A stretch of DNA of 64,000 nucleotides from the human T2T-CHM13v2.0 reference genome, Homo sapiens. The position numbers were made by a program, and so were the translations under genes. Of this stretch, positions 11,364-27,088 are shown one piece after another. The number at the start of each line of letters is the position of its first letter. The first letter of the stretch is position 1. The DNA is taken from NCBI RefSeq assembly GCF_009914755.1, contig NC_060925.1. One strand, 5' to 3'. Below the pieces are notes generated by a model. That model did no database searches, was not told where the DNA came from, and saw nothing but the letters and a program-made list of their open reading frames with translations.

Positions 11364-14325
11364 ATCTGAAAGGATTTCTAAATTGCAGTGCCAATTCTAG
11401 AAGTTTCTATGTCCTTATGTACAGCAAAAGTAGATTTTTAATAAATACATTTTAAACTAAATTTCTGAAAAGCCTGCAAGAAAAATTATATATTTATTTT
11501 AAAGTATAATGTATTTTTCATAGACTCAATTTATAAAGTAGAGATATATTCTGTACCAAGAGCCTACAATATTGATCATTTCCATGGAAGCAGATCTTGG
11601 AATACCAGTTCACATTTCTACAAGTATCAACTGAAAATAGCATATATGAAATTTTTTAGGCTATACATTTCAGAAAATCATAATTCCCTCTATATTAAAA
11701 TATACAAATATATGTTTAGTTTTAAATTTTTATTTTTTTTACCTTTTTCCTACATTGTAAATACACTAATTTTTTTTTTGGAAATACAAATTATCGAACA
11801 CTGAATTCTTACTAAATAATAGTGACCATTCTATGTATTTTTACCTGATTTCATTTAATAGCCATAGTCAAGCTGTCGGTAACATCTCTATTTCTTAGTA
11901 GCAGAAAAGAGAAACCCTAGGCTCAGAGAAGAGAGATATATTGCTCAGATTTACCAGCAAATAAAGAACAATCCAAGAATCGAACTCAGGGTTTCTGCCT
12001 GGCTTACTCTCTCTCTCTAGAACTGTGAATTTAGTGGGTTCCTTTTGCCTCTGCTTGAATTTATTATACATGTACATGCAGATTCAGGCTGGTTTCTATT
12101 TTTGAAGATCCAGCAGTTGTATGAGGGTTCACACTTTCTTGTGCTAGTTGCTGTTGTGAACATACGTGGGGTCCGAATGAATGAAACTTGGCTACCTTTC
12201 TGTGTCACTGTGAAAGGAAATGCCCAAGACTCAGCATTCCATAACTTGATCAAACACTTGTCTCTGTTTGCTTTGTGTAGCCTAAGACTCCTCTCTGCCT
12301 GTGTCTCCTTTGTAAGCTTCATCTGAGGTTTTCCTACTTAAGCCATGGCCTGGAAATCCTGGCATAACTTCTTCCCACAAATCATGGCACAGAGACCTTG
12401 CCACCAGGAACAGGCAAAGTGATTTGATATTCAAAGACCCTTGGAGCAAGGAGGCATATTGCTAGGAGATGAAAAATAGGTTGGAGGTTTAGGCAGCGAC
12501 GTTCAAAAGGTAGACACTCACACCATAAGGCCTACCTTTATTAACTAGCTTAAGGTGGGTATCTATTTTGGGATCCAACAGAAGGTGGGAAGGCTGGGTT
12601 TCCTCCTTGTTGAAGCCACCCTACTCTTCATGCCTGAGTCCTAATGGGGTAAAGCCACCAGGTATTTGTTTGGATTCTGTTCCTGGCTCAGAAAATGACA
12701 CAGAACTTTCTTCCAGTACTCAGGTTTCTTTTGTGGTGTATGAAAAGGAAGAGGTTATGGAAATTCCCAGGGGGCTTTGATGTCATTTGCTGCTGGAGCT
12801 GAGGGCATTGAATTGGGCTCTTGGTTACCTTAGGGTGTGTTTCATGTCTAGCCCTCATCCAGACAGGGACAAAGGACTTCATATGGCAAGTGTAATCTTG
12901 GGTCTGGTTGTTTCTTAAGTTATGAAGAAACATTTGTTACTTCAAAGAGGAGAAATAAAAAGGGGGGGAAAGACACTGTAAAAAGAGAGAGTGTGACTGG
13001 TCTTTCCCTTAAAGAAGGAGAGAAAGAAGGGAGAGCCGTGCTGCTTTGACCACTGAAAATCATAAAATCATCCTAATTAAGCCAGCAGTGCAAATGAACT
13101 CTATAAACATACTGCCAAGGCTCAGGAAAAATGAGTCTGTGGACAAGGAAGAATTCTTGTTAAAATGAAAACATGTTTTACTCTCCTGCTCCCCACTTTT
13201 AGAGGAAGGCCCTGTCATTAGATGTTGTACCCTGCTTTTACACTGGGAACAATTTTCCTGGAGCTTCATCACCCTTAGAACCTGATAAAAAGCTATAGAA
13301 ATGCACGTAGAACTTTGTAAGGTTCAGTTCCAGATTCTGATCATACAACACCAATATAACACCAGGGAAAGTTGAGATTTATTCTCAATGGAAATTAAGA
13401 GAAATATTCAGCTATGGGAAATAAAACAAAAGTAGAATTACCATATCAAATAAGTCCAGTGTGGAAGATGAACACTGGAGTCTCAGCAGTAGCAAGAATC
13501 TGCTCTTCATCTTCCAAACTCTCTAAGATGTTTTTTTTCTTTTCTTTTTTTTTCTATCAAAGGATTTCTAAGGAAAACACTTCCATAGTTCACTCTGAAA
13601 GTCTGTTTTAGTGTTAATCACCCTAACCATCTAGGGACATTCCTGAGTGATACATGAATTTTCCTGTGTCCCATTGTTGGCTTATTTTCCTGGCCGGGGA
13701 CTGGGTATACATGCTTGATGCACCAGGAAGACACATAAGAATAAACAGTTTGGCAGATTCTAATTTCAGAAGCAAGAGACTCTGCCACAGCATATCTCCC
13801 ATGTCAGAGTTCACATGCTATGTGAGAGGTTCTGATAAAAATTTTGGGGAGAGATAGGAAGATGGGGAAAGATAACTAGACATGGCAGTTCAGAACTTGG
13901 AACCATTTAGAGCAAGATGCTAGTTTGATGATTCTTCTCCACTGTTTTCACTTTGGCAATAAGGAGATATTTATTGCACTGGCTCTGCAGTCATTTATTG
14001 TCTCTGGCAATGGTTTCTTTAAATGATTGTTTTCAGAAATTTAAAGAAAGACAGGGTCAAGTAAAAAAAAACAGTTCAGGTATCAGTCTCAGAAAAAGAT
14101 AGGATGTTCAGCATCTGAAAATTATCTTCTTTCCATTTGATCTTGTTGTTTGATACAACCTTGAATACCTTTCTGTGTCTACTCCATATTTTTAGCATTT
14201 ATAAAAAAAATGGAAGCTCTTACTTTATAAATAGTGAGCTCTCTAAGAAGAATAAAAATTGTATAGCACATGTCTTGATAGCTCAATGGAAATAATGACT
14301 TATACATAAATGTGCTTATGCTTAG

Positions 14326-14461
14326 GTGTGTTTCAATAGACCAGGAGAGGCCAGAGCAATTTTTATTTTTTTGACAACTGATGGCCTAGTTCCCGGAGAG
14401 CATCAGCAGCCGACAGTGACTCTCTACCTGACCGATGTCCGTGGAAGCAACCACTCTCTTG
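14326..14461 (+). CDS. PAPPA2: PAPPA2 internal coding exon (136 nt, phase 0->1): [45 protein letters not shown](G)
   Basis: Acceptor cttag|GTG at 14325/6 and donor G|gtgagt at 14461/2. The peptide is recognised as pappalysin-2 central region and splices in frame to the next exon. Confidence 0.95.
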
Positions 14462-14679
14462 GTGAGTCTGACAAATATCCCTTTAGGGTCACTAGAGGAC
14501 AACCCGGTAGACCCAGAAGTCAGCTTGATGTCTGTCTTTTATGTTGTCTGGGATCTTGCCTACATCATACATCTAGGTTTTGGCATCATACACCTATTAA
14601 GAGGATAAAATGAATACAAGATATGGAAACATGGTACTAACAATGGCTGAAAATATGATTCATCTCCGTTTATCTTCAG

Positions 14680-14896
14680 GAACCTATGGACTGTCATGCC
14701 AGCATAATCCACTGATTATCAATGTGACCCATCACCAGAATGTCCTTTTCCACCATACCACCTCAGTGCTGCTGAATTTCTCATCCCCACGGGTCGGCAT
14801 CTCAGCTGTGGCTCTAAGGACATCCTCCCGCATTGGTCTTTCGGCTCCCAGTAACTGCATCTCAGAGGACGAGGGGCAGAATCATCAGGGACAGAG
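14680..14896 (+). CDS. PAPPA2: PAPPA2 internal coding exon (217 nt, phase 1->2): (G)[71 protein letters not shown](S)
   Basis: Acceptor tttatcttcag| and donor AG|gtacaa. Frame is continuous with both neighbours. Confidence 0.96.
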
Positions 14897-15774
14897 GTAC
14901 AAACTTCCCTTTCTTTCTTTTGTTTCCTTTTCTTGTGGCTCTAATGATTGGCTCACATTTACATAGTGTTATGTATAGAGTGTTTGCTCAATCACTAACT
15001 GAAAAATGAATTTAGGAACTACTAAAAAGACATAGGAAGCAAGCAAAGAATAATTTGTGGAAGGCATACTTGGGTTTTATATTTTGTTCTTCTTTCCTTA
15101 GCTGACCATAATTTTTATGTAAATATTTAATGTCTTTACAAGGTCTTAACATCTTTTTTACATATAAAACCACCAACTTCAAATCAACATTGTTATATAA
15201 ACTGCCAAAAATTCTCTGCCAAAAACTCAATGTTCCTTAAGCAATGTATATTTTTCCACTTCTTTCCACCTGGACAGTGTATATAGCAAGTTTAACAATT
15301 GCTTGCTAGGGTGTGTCATATAATCATTTAGAATTATATGTGGAAATAGGAAATGCATTAGCTACATATGTCTTTCTGTGGATGTCTGTGATTGTCATCC
15401 TCTAGACAGATGTGGCTATGAGGTTCACTAGCATCTCAGCAGCAGCTATTGGAGGGATTGTACTCACAGTGTTGGTGTGCCCAAGGTTAGGGGAAGGAGC
15501 CTCCCAAACACAATAATCTATTCTGCATTTGGGCTAGAATCACTCTATGCATGGTCTAATCAATTGAGTGGGACTACAGGTGACAGGGTTCATTCCTCAG
15601 CAAGGGAGGTGAGATCGCTTACTTGTTACTAGGTGATTATGATCCTAGTGACAAAAGCTGGGGTTCCAAGAAGTGCTCCATCACCAAAAAGAAATTCTGG
15701 TGCCACAAAGCTCATTCAAGGCATCCCAGATACTCAGACCTCACAGGGATGGGAGTAGAGAGTACTGGTGTACT

Positions 15775-16340
15775 ATGTTAGTTATCTATTGCTGTATAGC
15801 AAATTATACCAAAAGTCAATGGCTGAACACCATAAACATTATCTCACAGTTTCTGAGGGTGAGGAATCTGGATACAGCTTCGCCAGGTATCTCTGGCTTA
15901 AGATCTCTTATGAGGTTGTAGTCAGGCTGTTGGCCAAGGCTGTAGTTACTCAAACCTCAAGCAGAGCTGGAGAATTCACTTCCAAGCTCACTCCTGTGGC
16001 TACTATCAGGCCTCAGAAGATCCATATCCAAGCTCACTCATAAGTGCTGGCAGTGAGCATGCTCACATAGAAGTGCTCAATTCCTTGCCAAGCAGGCCTC
16101 TCCGCAGCTATCTGAGTGTCTTTGTGACATGGCAGCCAGTGATCCAAGACAGAAAGAGAGCCAGAGACGGTGAACACGTGAGAGACTACCCAAGAAGGAA
16201 GCCACAGTCTTTTTATAACATAATATTGGAAGTGATAGTCCATTACTTCTGGCATATTCTATTCATTAGAAATGAGTCAGTAAGTTCAGTCCATACCCAA
16301 GGGGAGGGGTTGGCATAGGGGCATGAATCTCTGGGGGCCA
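15775..16340. mobile_element. MLT1 (F/G-like) MaLR LTR
   Basis: tgttagttatctattgctgtatagcaaattatacc...tctcacagtttctgagggtgaggaatctgg. Confidence 0.75.
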
Positions 16341-18609
16341 GTAATAGTAGTTTATGTTAACTGAGCATTAACTACATGCCAGGTATTGTTCTAAGTGTTA
16401 GAAAGGGAGAAACAGTAAGGGGTAATGAATGTCATAAGGTTAACTAGTTCATCTGCAACTTTAAAGTCTTCTTTCTTAGTGAACAAATGCCTCCAAATAT
16501 TAACACAAGAATGTAGACTATTAAAATAACATTTATTAGAATTATGGCCTCTCTCTCATATATTTTCAAATTATATTCTCTACTGGCTCTACCTCTGGCC
16601 TTAAGCCATACAGCATTTCTTTCAGGTCCCTGAAACATGTGTTCTTGGTGAGCTTTGCACATAGTTCCTACTCTGGTGACTGCCTTCTAATCTTTCTTCA
16701 CTTCAACTCATACTCTACCATCAAGATTCACCTTCTGTGAAGTTTTGGCAAACGGATTCCTCCCTGTTCCCATAGGACATACTGCATAATGCAAACTCTG
16801 CAAAAGCAGCTGTCACATTGGGTGATAACTATTTATTTACTTGTTGTTCTTTCTCATTAAACTCTGAGCTTCCTGTAGTGGATAATTCTGCTCAGTATCT
16901 CTGAATATCTACAGAAGGCCTAGCACATAGTAGGTATGAGAAACTGTTTTGGATGACAGTTGCCGACTTTATCTCTAAATGCTCCATGAACAGAACTGAA
17001 CAAGAAAAAAAAAAAGTAGAAGTTACAGCCTTTCTAGACATGAGGAACAAGAATTCCCCTTACAATCATAGCTGTGAAGTCTCAACAAAGAAGTTGATTA
17101 ATTGTAATTACTGCCGCTAGTTCTTCACTTCTTCTCATGTGGCACTGTGGGAAAAACAAGTTTCATATGCATGCATGCAAACCAGGAGAAATAGGATATG
17201 ATTCTCCAGTTTACACTGTGTATCTGGAATGCATAAGCATTTCCAAACCACATGTGACTGACAGGAGCCATGCAAATTGACTTTTCCTTGTCAGCCAGCA
17301 AATCAGTACAATGTAGTAAATTTTGATATACCGGGAGCCTGGTAAATCCCATATACTTTAATTGTGAATATAACTGAAACCTAAATCCCTATGTATTCTC
17401 AAAGAGTCAAAGTGTTTTTGCAGCCTGTGTCTGTCACAGTTGTATATGTAGAGGCACCACGATATAAAACCCTCAAATTCTGGGCATAGTGAGAGGGATT
17501 CCTGGCTACCTCCTTCTTACCCCTTATGACCTGAATTCCACTGATACTTACATGGGCAGGGGAGAGCTGACAGATGCCTGCCAGTAGAATATGTGTTATC
17601 CATTTTGTATTTAAACATTAATGACCAGTGGCCCATCCCTCCTGCAACACTACACTTTAAAACCAACCTGATTGGCCCACAGAATCTCAGATGAAAGCCA
17701 GTAAACCTAAGTCAGCCTCTCCAGTGATGTTCATGATCTTTGTCTTGGACAAAGTAATTTCTCCTTGCTTCCCACTTAGCTACTAACAACACAGAATACG
17801 AAAACTCTTATCAAAATGAAAAAGCAAGCCTGGCAGCCAGAATCTGTGAGGATTTCCTCCTGATTACAAATGTACTGGGGTTAAATTGAGAAACATAATT
17901 GGAAATCAAAGCATGCACGGTTTTTATTTTCTGGAAAAAAAATGCATTTAAAGAATAGAGCCATACTAAAAGAGGAGAGGGAAACAGGTTATTCTTTCTT
18001 CATTCCCTGGTTCCTTTAACTTGGTTCTGTCTCAGTCTTGTTTCTCACTCTGTTATGATGACTACCCAGTTTATGACCCTTTGAGCTTATTCTACTGATC
18101 ATGAACCCTTTAGTCTTGAAAACCAAGTTTAGTTTTCCTGATTTTGGCCACCAGTGCTCAAGAAGAGCTTAATTCATTCTTACCCTCCAGTTGTTTCCAG
18201 CTCTGGCCACTTTAGGGATAGGTTCTGCACAACTTGCCACAGTATCAGGATCAGGCAAACCTCCAACCATCCCAGGATTGTGTTGATGGCTTTGGGAAGT
18301 GGAAACTATCTATTTTATTAATGTAATGGGATTTGCAGTGTGTCTAAAATATAACCCAGACACCAATATGTTAACATACCTAAGTGAGTGAATTAGTTTA
18401 CAGACAAACAGGACTCTTTCTACTTTGGGAATTTACAAGGTCAAGATAGAAAAGTTTAACAGCAGGCAAGAATTGCTGATGGGCATGTGGTTTCTCCTAT
18501 CGAATTTTGTTCTTCCAATCACATGGATAAAATGAAAAAATTGATTGTAACTTCTGTGACTTACCTGATAATATATCCATAAGATCTATGAGTGCTGAAT
18601 CTTCAAAAG

Positions 18610-19035
18610 ATACAGAACATTATCTCCTTTTCCAGGACATGGATTGATGACCATAATTGAAACTTTTGACTACTCTACTCATCTCTTTACAGCATTTACA
18701 CTTTTTCTTCAATCTGCATAGATTTCCCAGTCTACCTGGTTGAGAATGTGGTGTCAACCTTTTATGCAATTGTGCTTCTTTCATTTTTCCCTTGTATTCC
18801 AAACAGTTTTTGATTTATATAATTTGATATTAGATAGTTAAGTATATAATTTTTTGTGAGCCTTTTATCTTTATTAGGATCATACATCTTGCCAATCCTT
18901 TTACCCCTTTAAATGCCTGTGGCTTTGTATTCTACTCTTTCTGGAATTAAAATGTCTATCCCTGCCTTCCTTTTGTTTGTATTTGTTTGATAAATATTTG
19001 CCTTTCTTTTATTTTTAACCTTTCTCTGTCTTTGC
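18610..19035 (-). mobile_element. Ancient L1M fragment
   Basis: T-rich; tttgtttgataaatatttgcc...atttttaacctttctctgtc resembles antisense L1 ORF2 start. Confidence 0.5.
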
Positions 19036-19764
19036 TGCCAGTGAGCCCCAGGCACATAGCTTCACTGCACTGTTTACAAAGCTTTCAGATTTTGCCATGT
19101 CCAACTACTCCAAGATTTTATTCCAAAAGTTTATCCCATGATCCTCAAACCTCTAGGATTCTTTAGGACTCAGTAGGATTTTACCTTTAGGACATATATC
19201 TCCCAATATATAACGGCTTTTGCCACTGGTTCCACACCCCACCCTACCTCACTAAGACCTCTATACTTCCTAACCTGAAGTCTGAAATGAGTAAAGAAAA
19301 GGTAGTACTGATGGGAATAATGACTGGAGAACAGATCTCTGACCCATGAAAAACAGGGCCCAGTTTTCTCGTCTTTACAGGGGCCAGGAAATGAAGAAAG
19401 AATGATCTGTTTTTTTCTTTTAGTTTGGCTTCATTACTATTCTCTCTTTTTCAGGAAACAAAAAGTACATGCTTTGGTTTCCAATGATGTTTCTCAATTT
19501 AACTCCAATATTTTTTTCAATCAAGAGAAAATCCTTACAGATTTTGGTTGCCAATCTTGGTTTTTGGTATTGATAATAATTTTCATATATTTCTATATTG
19601 TTAGTATTTAAATGGGAAGCCAAGAGAAATGACCTTATAGTATTCTTGTGAGATTGACTGAAAATAATACATGTGAGATTTGTAACACCTTCTAATACCA
19701 GGTTGGAGTACCACCTGTGGCAATTTTCACAGTATTCCCCATCTTTATTTTTTGCCAATCAGGT

Positions 19765-21010
19765 GTGCTAGTTATCAGTCAATTTGTTTGTTGCCTCTTG
19801 GTTCCAAATCCACCCTCATCACATGTATTGTAATAGTAGAGCTGGATTTTTATCACTATTTATCCTTTGCCAACGGGTATCATGTTACACATCATCAGTA
19901 GAGGGTGCTAGATAGACAATGCAGGAGGAGGGGTTTTCTCTGCTGTTTCTGGTGTAATTTCTTCTCTTCTGTTGCTGTGACATGCTTGGCCAGTGGTGTG
20001 CAGCACACCTATAGTCAAATACAGCAGACATTTTTTCAGTTGGCTCTTCATCACAATAAACCAAACATGGCAGCTTGAGAAATAGTGATGCTGCTGGATG
20101 CCGTGGATTACTAGCATCCCATATCCCAATGATTGTACTCAAGACCAAAGGCACAATCAAACTTGTCCCCAAATCCCATCCTTGTGAATCTGTCTTGTAC
20201 TATTAACCCCAGTACCATCCCATCTTAGTTGGGATCCAATAAGGACACAGTAATTAAAATAGAGAAGTTTCATAAAAGTAATTATTAACCAGTAATGGAA
20301 TTAACTACTAAAGGGCAGGGAGAACTCTAACAAATAAAAGAATGATTGATAAAGGGAGCAACCATTACTTTTATGAGTGATAGAAGAGTATCCAAGAAAG
20401 GAACAAATGTGGAAGAGGCTCCCAACCCAAAGCTGAGGTTCAGATCTCACTGGAGGAGGTGCAGCTGTGGAACATTGTGTGGCAGAGAAGTTTGTGGAGG
20501 TTCTACAGAATGGAATGGGGCTGGTAGTCAGAAAATGCTCACTGGGGTGCAGGTAAAAGCTCATGAAGAAGCTGCCTCTGGAACACAATTGGGACTTCTG
20601 GAAAGCTGTCACTGTGGTGCTGCTGGAACTTTCTGGGAGTCTCCCCACTGGGCACTAATGAAACTTGATGGGAGACATCCACAGGGGTGCCACTGAGACT
20701 TGTTGAGAAGCCAGCTAAGATGCTGATAAGACTTGCTGGGACATGTGGAGTGTCCCTGAAACTCACTAGGTGGTGAGCACCACTGGTTGTCCCACACATG
20801 GCTGGAGAAGCAAGGACGGGAAAGCACATAGGAATGAAGGCAAGCCTCTTCATCCTGCAATGTCTCTCCAGTGCCATCTACTGAAGAAAAAAGTGACATG
20901 CTAGCTGGTAAAGAGAAATGTTTTCATGGTCCAGCTCTAGTATCATAAAGCAGGGCAATGAAGGGTGGATTTGGAACTGAGAGGCAATAAGTTGATAACC
21001 AGCAGAGAAA
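19765..21010. mobile_element. Ancient ERVL-class LTR fragments (LTR33/LTR16-like)
   Basis: ttgcctcttggttccaaatccaccc and purine-rich LTR-like body; family uncertain. Confidence 0.4.
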
Positions 21011-21098
21011 GTCTTGTCAAATAACCAAGAGGAAACCTCTGTTCTCTGTGTCTTTCGTGTTCCACACAGGAGTTCCTTCCTGGCTTCAATACTGTTTT

Positions 21099-21252
21099 TC
21101 TTTTTCTTTTTTTCTTTTTTTTAGAGACAGGAGTGTCGCTCTGTTGCCCAGGCTGGAGTGCAGTGGCTCGATCTTGGCTCACTGAAAGCTCTGCCTCCCG
21201 GGTTCACACCATTCTCCTGCCTCAGCCTCCCAAGTAGCAGGGACTACAGGCG
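21099..21252 (-). mobile_element. 5'-truncated Alu (right arm only, AluY-like)
   Basis: T-tail plus right arm ending at gggactacaggcg. TSD aatactgtttt (21088-21098) / aatactatttt (21253-21263). Confidence 0.9.
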
Positions 21253-22334
21253 AATACTATTTTAAAATATAATTTCTGAATAGATTTGAGCTAATTAGAA
21301 ATTCATATTTTTTTAATGTTTTGAACTTAAGCAAAGACCAACATAAAGTATAAATACCTTATTAGTTTATTCAGTATAAATACACATTCTGATTGAGATG
21401 GAAAACAAGTAATAGATACTCACAAATGTAAAATCATAGTGGGTTCTAAGGTTTGCCTTGAACTATAACTTATCAAAGCCAGGTGTTCTAATATAAAATT
21501 GAATAAGATATTAATCTTTTAAAATAAATATCCATATGGAAACTGGGGTTCTTCTCTCGCTTGTTCTCACTCTCATTATATGTGTAGTGTGTGTGTTTGC
21601 ATGTGTGTATTCATGTGCGTTTGTGTATAGAAAGAGATAGACTGTTGTTCAAAAACCATTTAAGTGACTCAATGGAACAGGAATAATTTTTCAGCTGAGG
21701 AAACTGAGACTCAAGGGCACAAATTTACTTTATTTGGGATTAGCAAAAGTAAGACTGGAATCCAAGTAACTTGTTTCTGGGAAGGAAAGCTTCTATTATA
21801 TAAATGGTGAACTATTTCAGAAATCGATTCATGTCTACTACTCTTCAAGAAATCCTGCCACCCTCTCTCAAATCATATTTTGATTCAGGTAACAAAAGTT
21901 TAACTAGCCCTGGAATAATCAAATAACAGCTGTATTTTACATCTACTTATGTGAACGGGCATATTTGTTTTGAGGAAATGATGACTTGTAAATTCAGGCT
22001 CCAAGTAATACAGGCAAGCTGGGGAAACCTGATGAAGTAGGTTACCAAGGGGAAAATTGTAAAGATACTTTGGACTTTTGGGAAAGTGTAGGAAATATGC
22101 AATTCAGATTAGGGCAATTTTATGGGCACAACCCAGAGGATTTGAAGACAATAGAAAAAGAGAAGTTTTGACCCAGCTCCTATGGGGTCCTAGCCCAGAC
22201 CAAAAAAATAAAAAAATAAAAATCTTGTTTCTTAGAGAAGAAAAAAAATCTGAGGAAACATATTCTACTGTCTCTGAGATTAAAGTGCATCTAACCCAGG
22301 AAAAGAAACATAATTTTGAAAGCCTGGCTTATGT

Positions 22335-22872
22335 GTGTATTAGTTTTCTAATGTTGTATAATAATATTACTATAAATATAGCATCTTACAACAATGCTTA
22401 TTTATAATCTTACAGTTTCTGAGGGTCAGGATTCTAGGCAACGCTTAGCTGGGTCATCTGTAAGGCTATAATGAGGTGTCAGTTAGGAATGTGTTCTCGT
22501 TTGAAGGCTTGACTGGGGAAGGTCCACTTCCAAGTTCACATGGTTGTTGGTATTTGGTTCCAAAAGACTGTCAGACTGAGGGCTTCAGTTTTTATGCTGG
22601 ATGTTGCACAGAAACCACCCTTACTTCCTTGCCACATAGTCTGCTCCATTGGGAAGCTCACCTATGGTAGCTTGTTTCTTCAAAGCCAACAAGACAAAGA
22701 GTCTCTCAGCAAGTAAATTTTACAATCTTTTGTAACATAATCACAAGTGTTACAGCTTGTCAACTTTGTATTCAATTGATTAGAAGCATGTCACTTGTCC
22801 CACCCACACTCAAGTTGTGGAGATTATGCAAGGGTAGGGATTTCAAAAGGCAGGGATTATTTTCACCACAAT
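22335..22872. mobile_element. MLT1 (D/E-like) MaLR LTR
   Basis: tgtattagttttcta...tttataatcttacagtttctgagggtcagga...cttagctgggtc. Confidence 0.75.
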
Positions 22873-23316
22873 AGTTTAGCCTGAGATAGGCGAATGTATG
22901 CAGTAACCTTGGAGTTATCCAACTACATGTGTCTCATATCCTGAAAGAGCCACATGCTATAATGGTTTCAACTTACTAGACAGCTTAGGGCAGAAGGGAT
23001 ACACAAATAACTTGCTTGCAGGAAAAAAGCATGAAGGAAAAGTAGTGATTCCAAGAGTAAGGTCTTTTCATAGAAATTCCCCAGCTCTTGGTAGGTGGAT
23101 TATCCAAGCAGTTCTCTACCAGAGAATGTCCTTGCAACTCTCTTTTATCTAGAAAAAGCACATCTATTTTATGAATGATACCTGTCCAGATTTTTTCCCC
23201 TTATTCTTTAGTCTGCTTCAGAGCCATCTTCTTCATGGCTCAACTGGTATTTTTATAATATCATCAAAATGAAATTTAATCAGTAATATTAATGTGTTTC
23301 CTAGAAAATAAAATTA

Positions 23317-23659
23317 CAGTCATGTACCACATTACATTTGTCTCAATGAAAGACTGTATATATAATAATGATTTCATAAGATTATAATACAGTATTTTTT
23401 GCTGTACCTTTTCTATGTTTAGATTTGTTTAAATACACAAACACATCATTGTGTTATAATTGCCTACAGTATTTGGTACAGTAATAACATGCTGTACAGG
23501 TTTGTAGCCTACGAGCAGTAGGCTACACCATATAGCCTATGTGTGTACTAGGCTATATCATATAGGTTTGTGTAAGTACACTCTTTGATATTTGCACAAT
23601 AAAATCACCTAACAACACATTTCTCAGAATGTATCCCAATGTTAAGTGACACATGACTG
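23317..23659. mobile_element. Tigger3a/MER7-type TcMar MITE
   Basis: TIRs cagtcatgt...acatgactg flanked by TA on both sides; characteristic internal sequence. Confidence 0.85.
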
Positions 23660-23999
23660 TATATAAAAACACAAAAATTAAAAAGTTATGGTTACTGTTT
23701 CAATTATCTTTGTTCTGATTATTTTTATAAAGATGGATAATTGAGAGTTAGCAGTTTTGATCCAGTATCTATCATACACATATTTGACCACATTGGTGGT
23801 CATACACATACACCAATGTGGTCATATATCTGTATGAATATATGTGTGTGTGTATGTATGTGTGTGTTTGTGAATATGTTTCACTTTATACAAGACAGTC
23901 GAAAAAGGTTAATGTGATATGCATTGAATTATAAAACCAATTTGTAAAATAATTTAAATGTTTAAGTGGTTGTGCCATTTAAAAGAGCATTGTTGTTTT

Positions 24000-24775
24000 A
24001 TTTTTAAGGTCTTTATTCTTTTAGAGCAGTTGTAGGTTCACAGAAAAATTGAAAGGAAGGTACAGAGATTTCCCATACACCCAATGATCCCACCCATGCC
24101 TAGCCACTCCTGCTATCAACATCCCCCACCAGAGTGGTACATTTGTTACAACTGATGAACCTACGTTGACACATCATAATCACATCAAATCTGTAGTTTA
24201 CATTAGAATTCACTCTCAGTGTTTGTTGTACATTCTATGTGCTTGGGCAAATGTGTAATGATACATCATTACAGTATCACACACAGCATTGTCACTGCCC
24301 TAAAAATCCTCTGTGTTCTGCCTATTCACCACCATACCCTACATCCCTGCTGTCCCAAACTTCTCACAACCATTAATATTTTTACCATCTCCATCATTTT
24401 GCCTTTTCCATAATGTCATATTCTGGAAATGTCATATAGTTGGAATTACACAGTGTGTAGGGTTTGCAGATTAGCTTCTTTCACATTGTTATATGCATTT
24501 AAGTTTCCTTCATGTCTTCTCATGGCTTGATAGCTCATTTCTTTTTATCATTCAATAATATTCCATTATGTGAATGTACAACCGTTTATTTATCCATATA
24601 CCTATTGAAGGACATCTTGGTTTCTTCCAAGTTTTGGCAATTATGAATAAAGCTGCTATAAATATCCACATGCAGGCTTTTCTATAGACATAAATTTTTA
24701 AATGTCTTTGAATAAATACCAAGGAATGTGATTGCTGGATCATATGGTTAAGAGGATATTTAGTTTTATATGAAG
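24000..24775 (-). mobile_element. L1MC/MD-type 3' end
   Basis: ttttagagcagttgtaggttcacagaaaaattg; minus ORF 24552-24827 has ORF2 C-terminal motif FIAALFIIAKTWKKPRCP. Confidence 0.8.
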
Positions 24776-24916
24776 ATACATTGTTTTTCAAGAAAAACAT
24801 AAATATTGTTGTAAAGAACAATGGCATCCTCAGATCTTTTTCCTCTTCTCCTTCTTTCCTTTTTTCTTTTCATCATAAATCTTTATTTTTCTATTTACTT
24901 AAATAAAACTAAGCCT

Positions 24917-25527
<611 letters not shown>

Positions 25528-25636
25528 ACATATAAAATTTGAGTCAAGGAAAAATAATGAGTTCACGCATTGTGTTATTATATGGTCCTATATGCAAAGC
25601 AAAAATCCTTGAACTGAGAATTTACCTTTTGCATTA

Positions 25637-27088
<1,452 letters not shown>

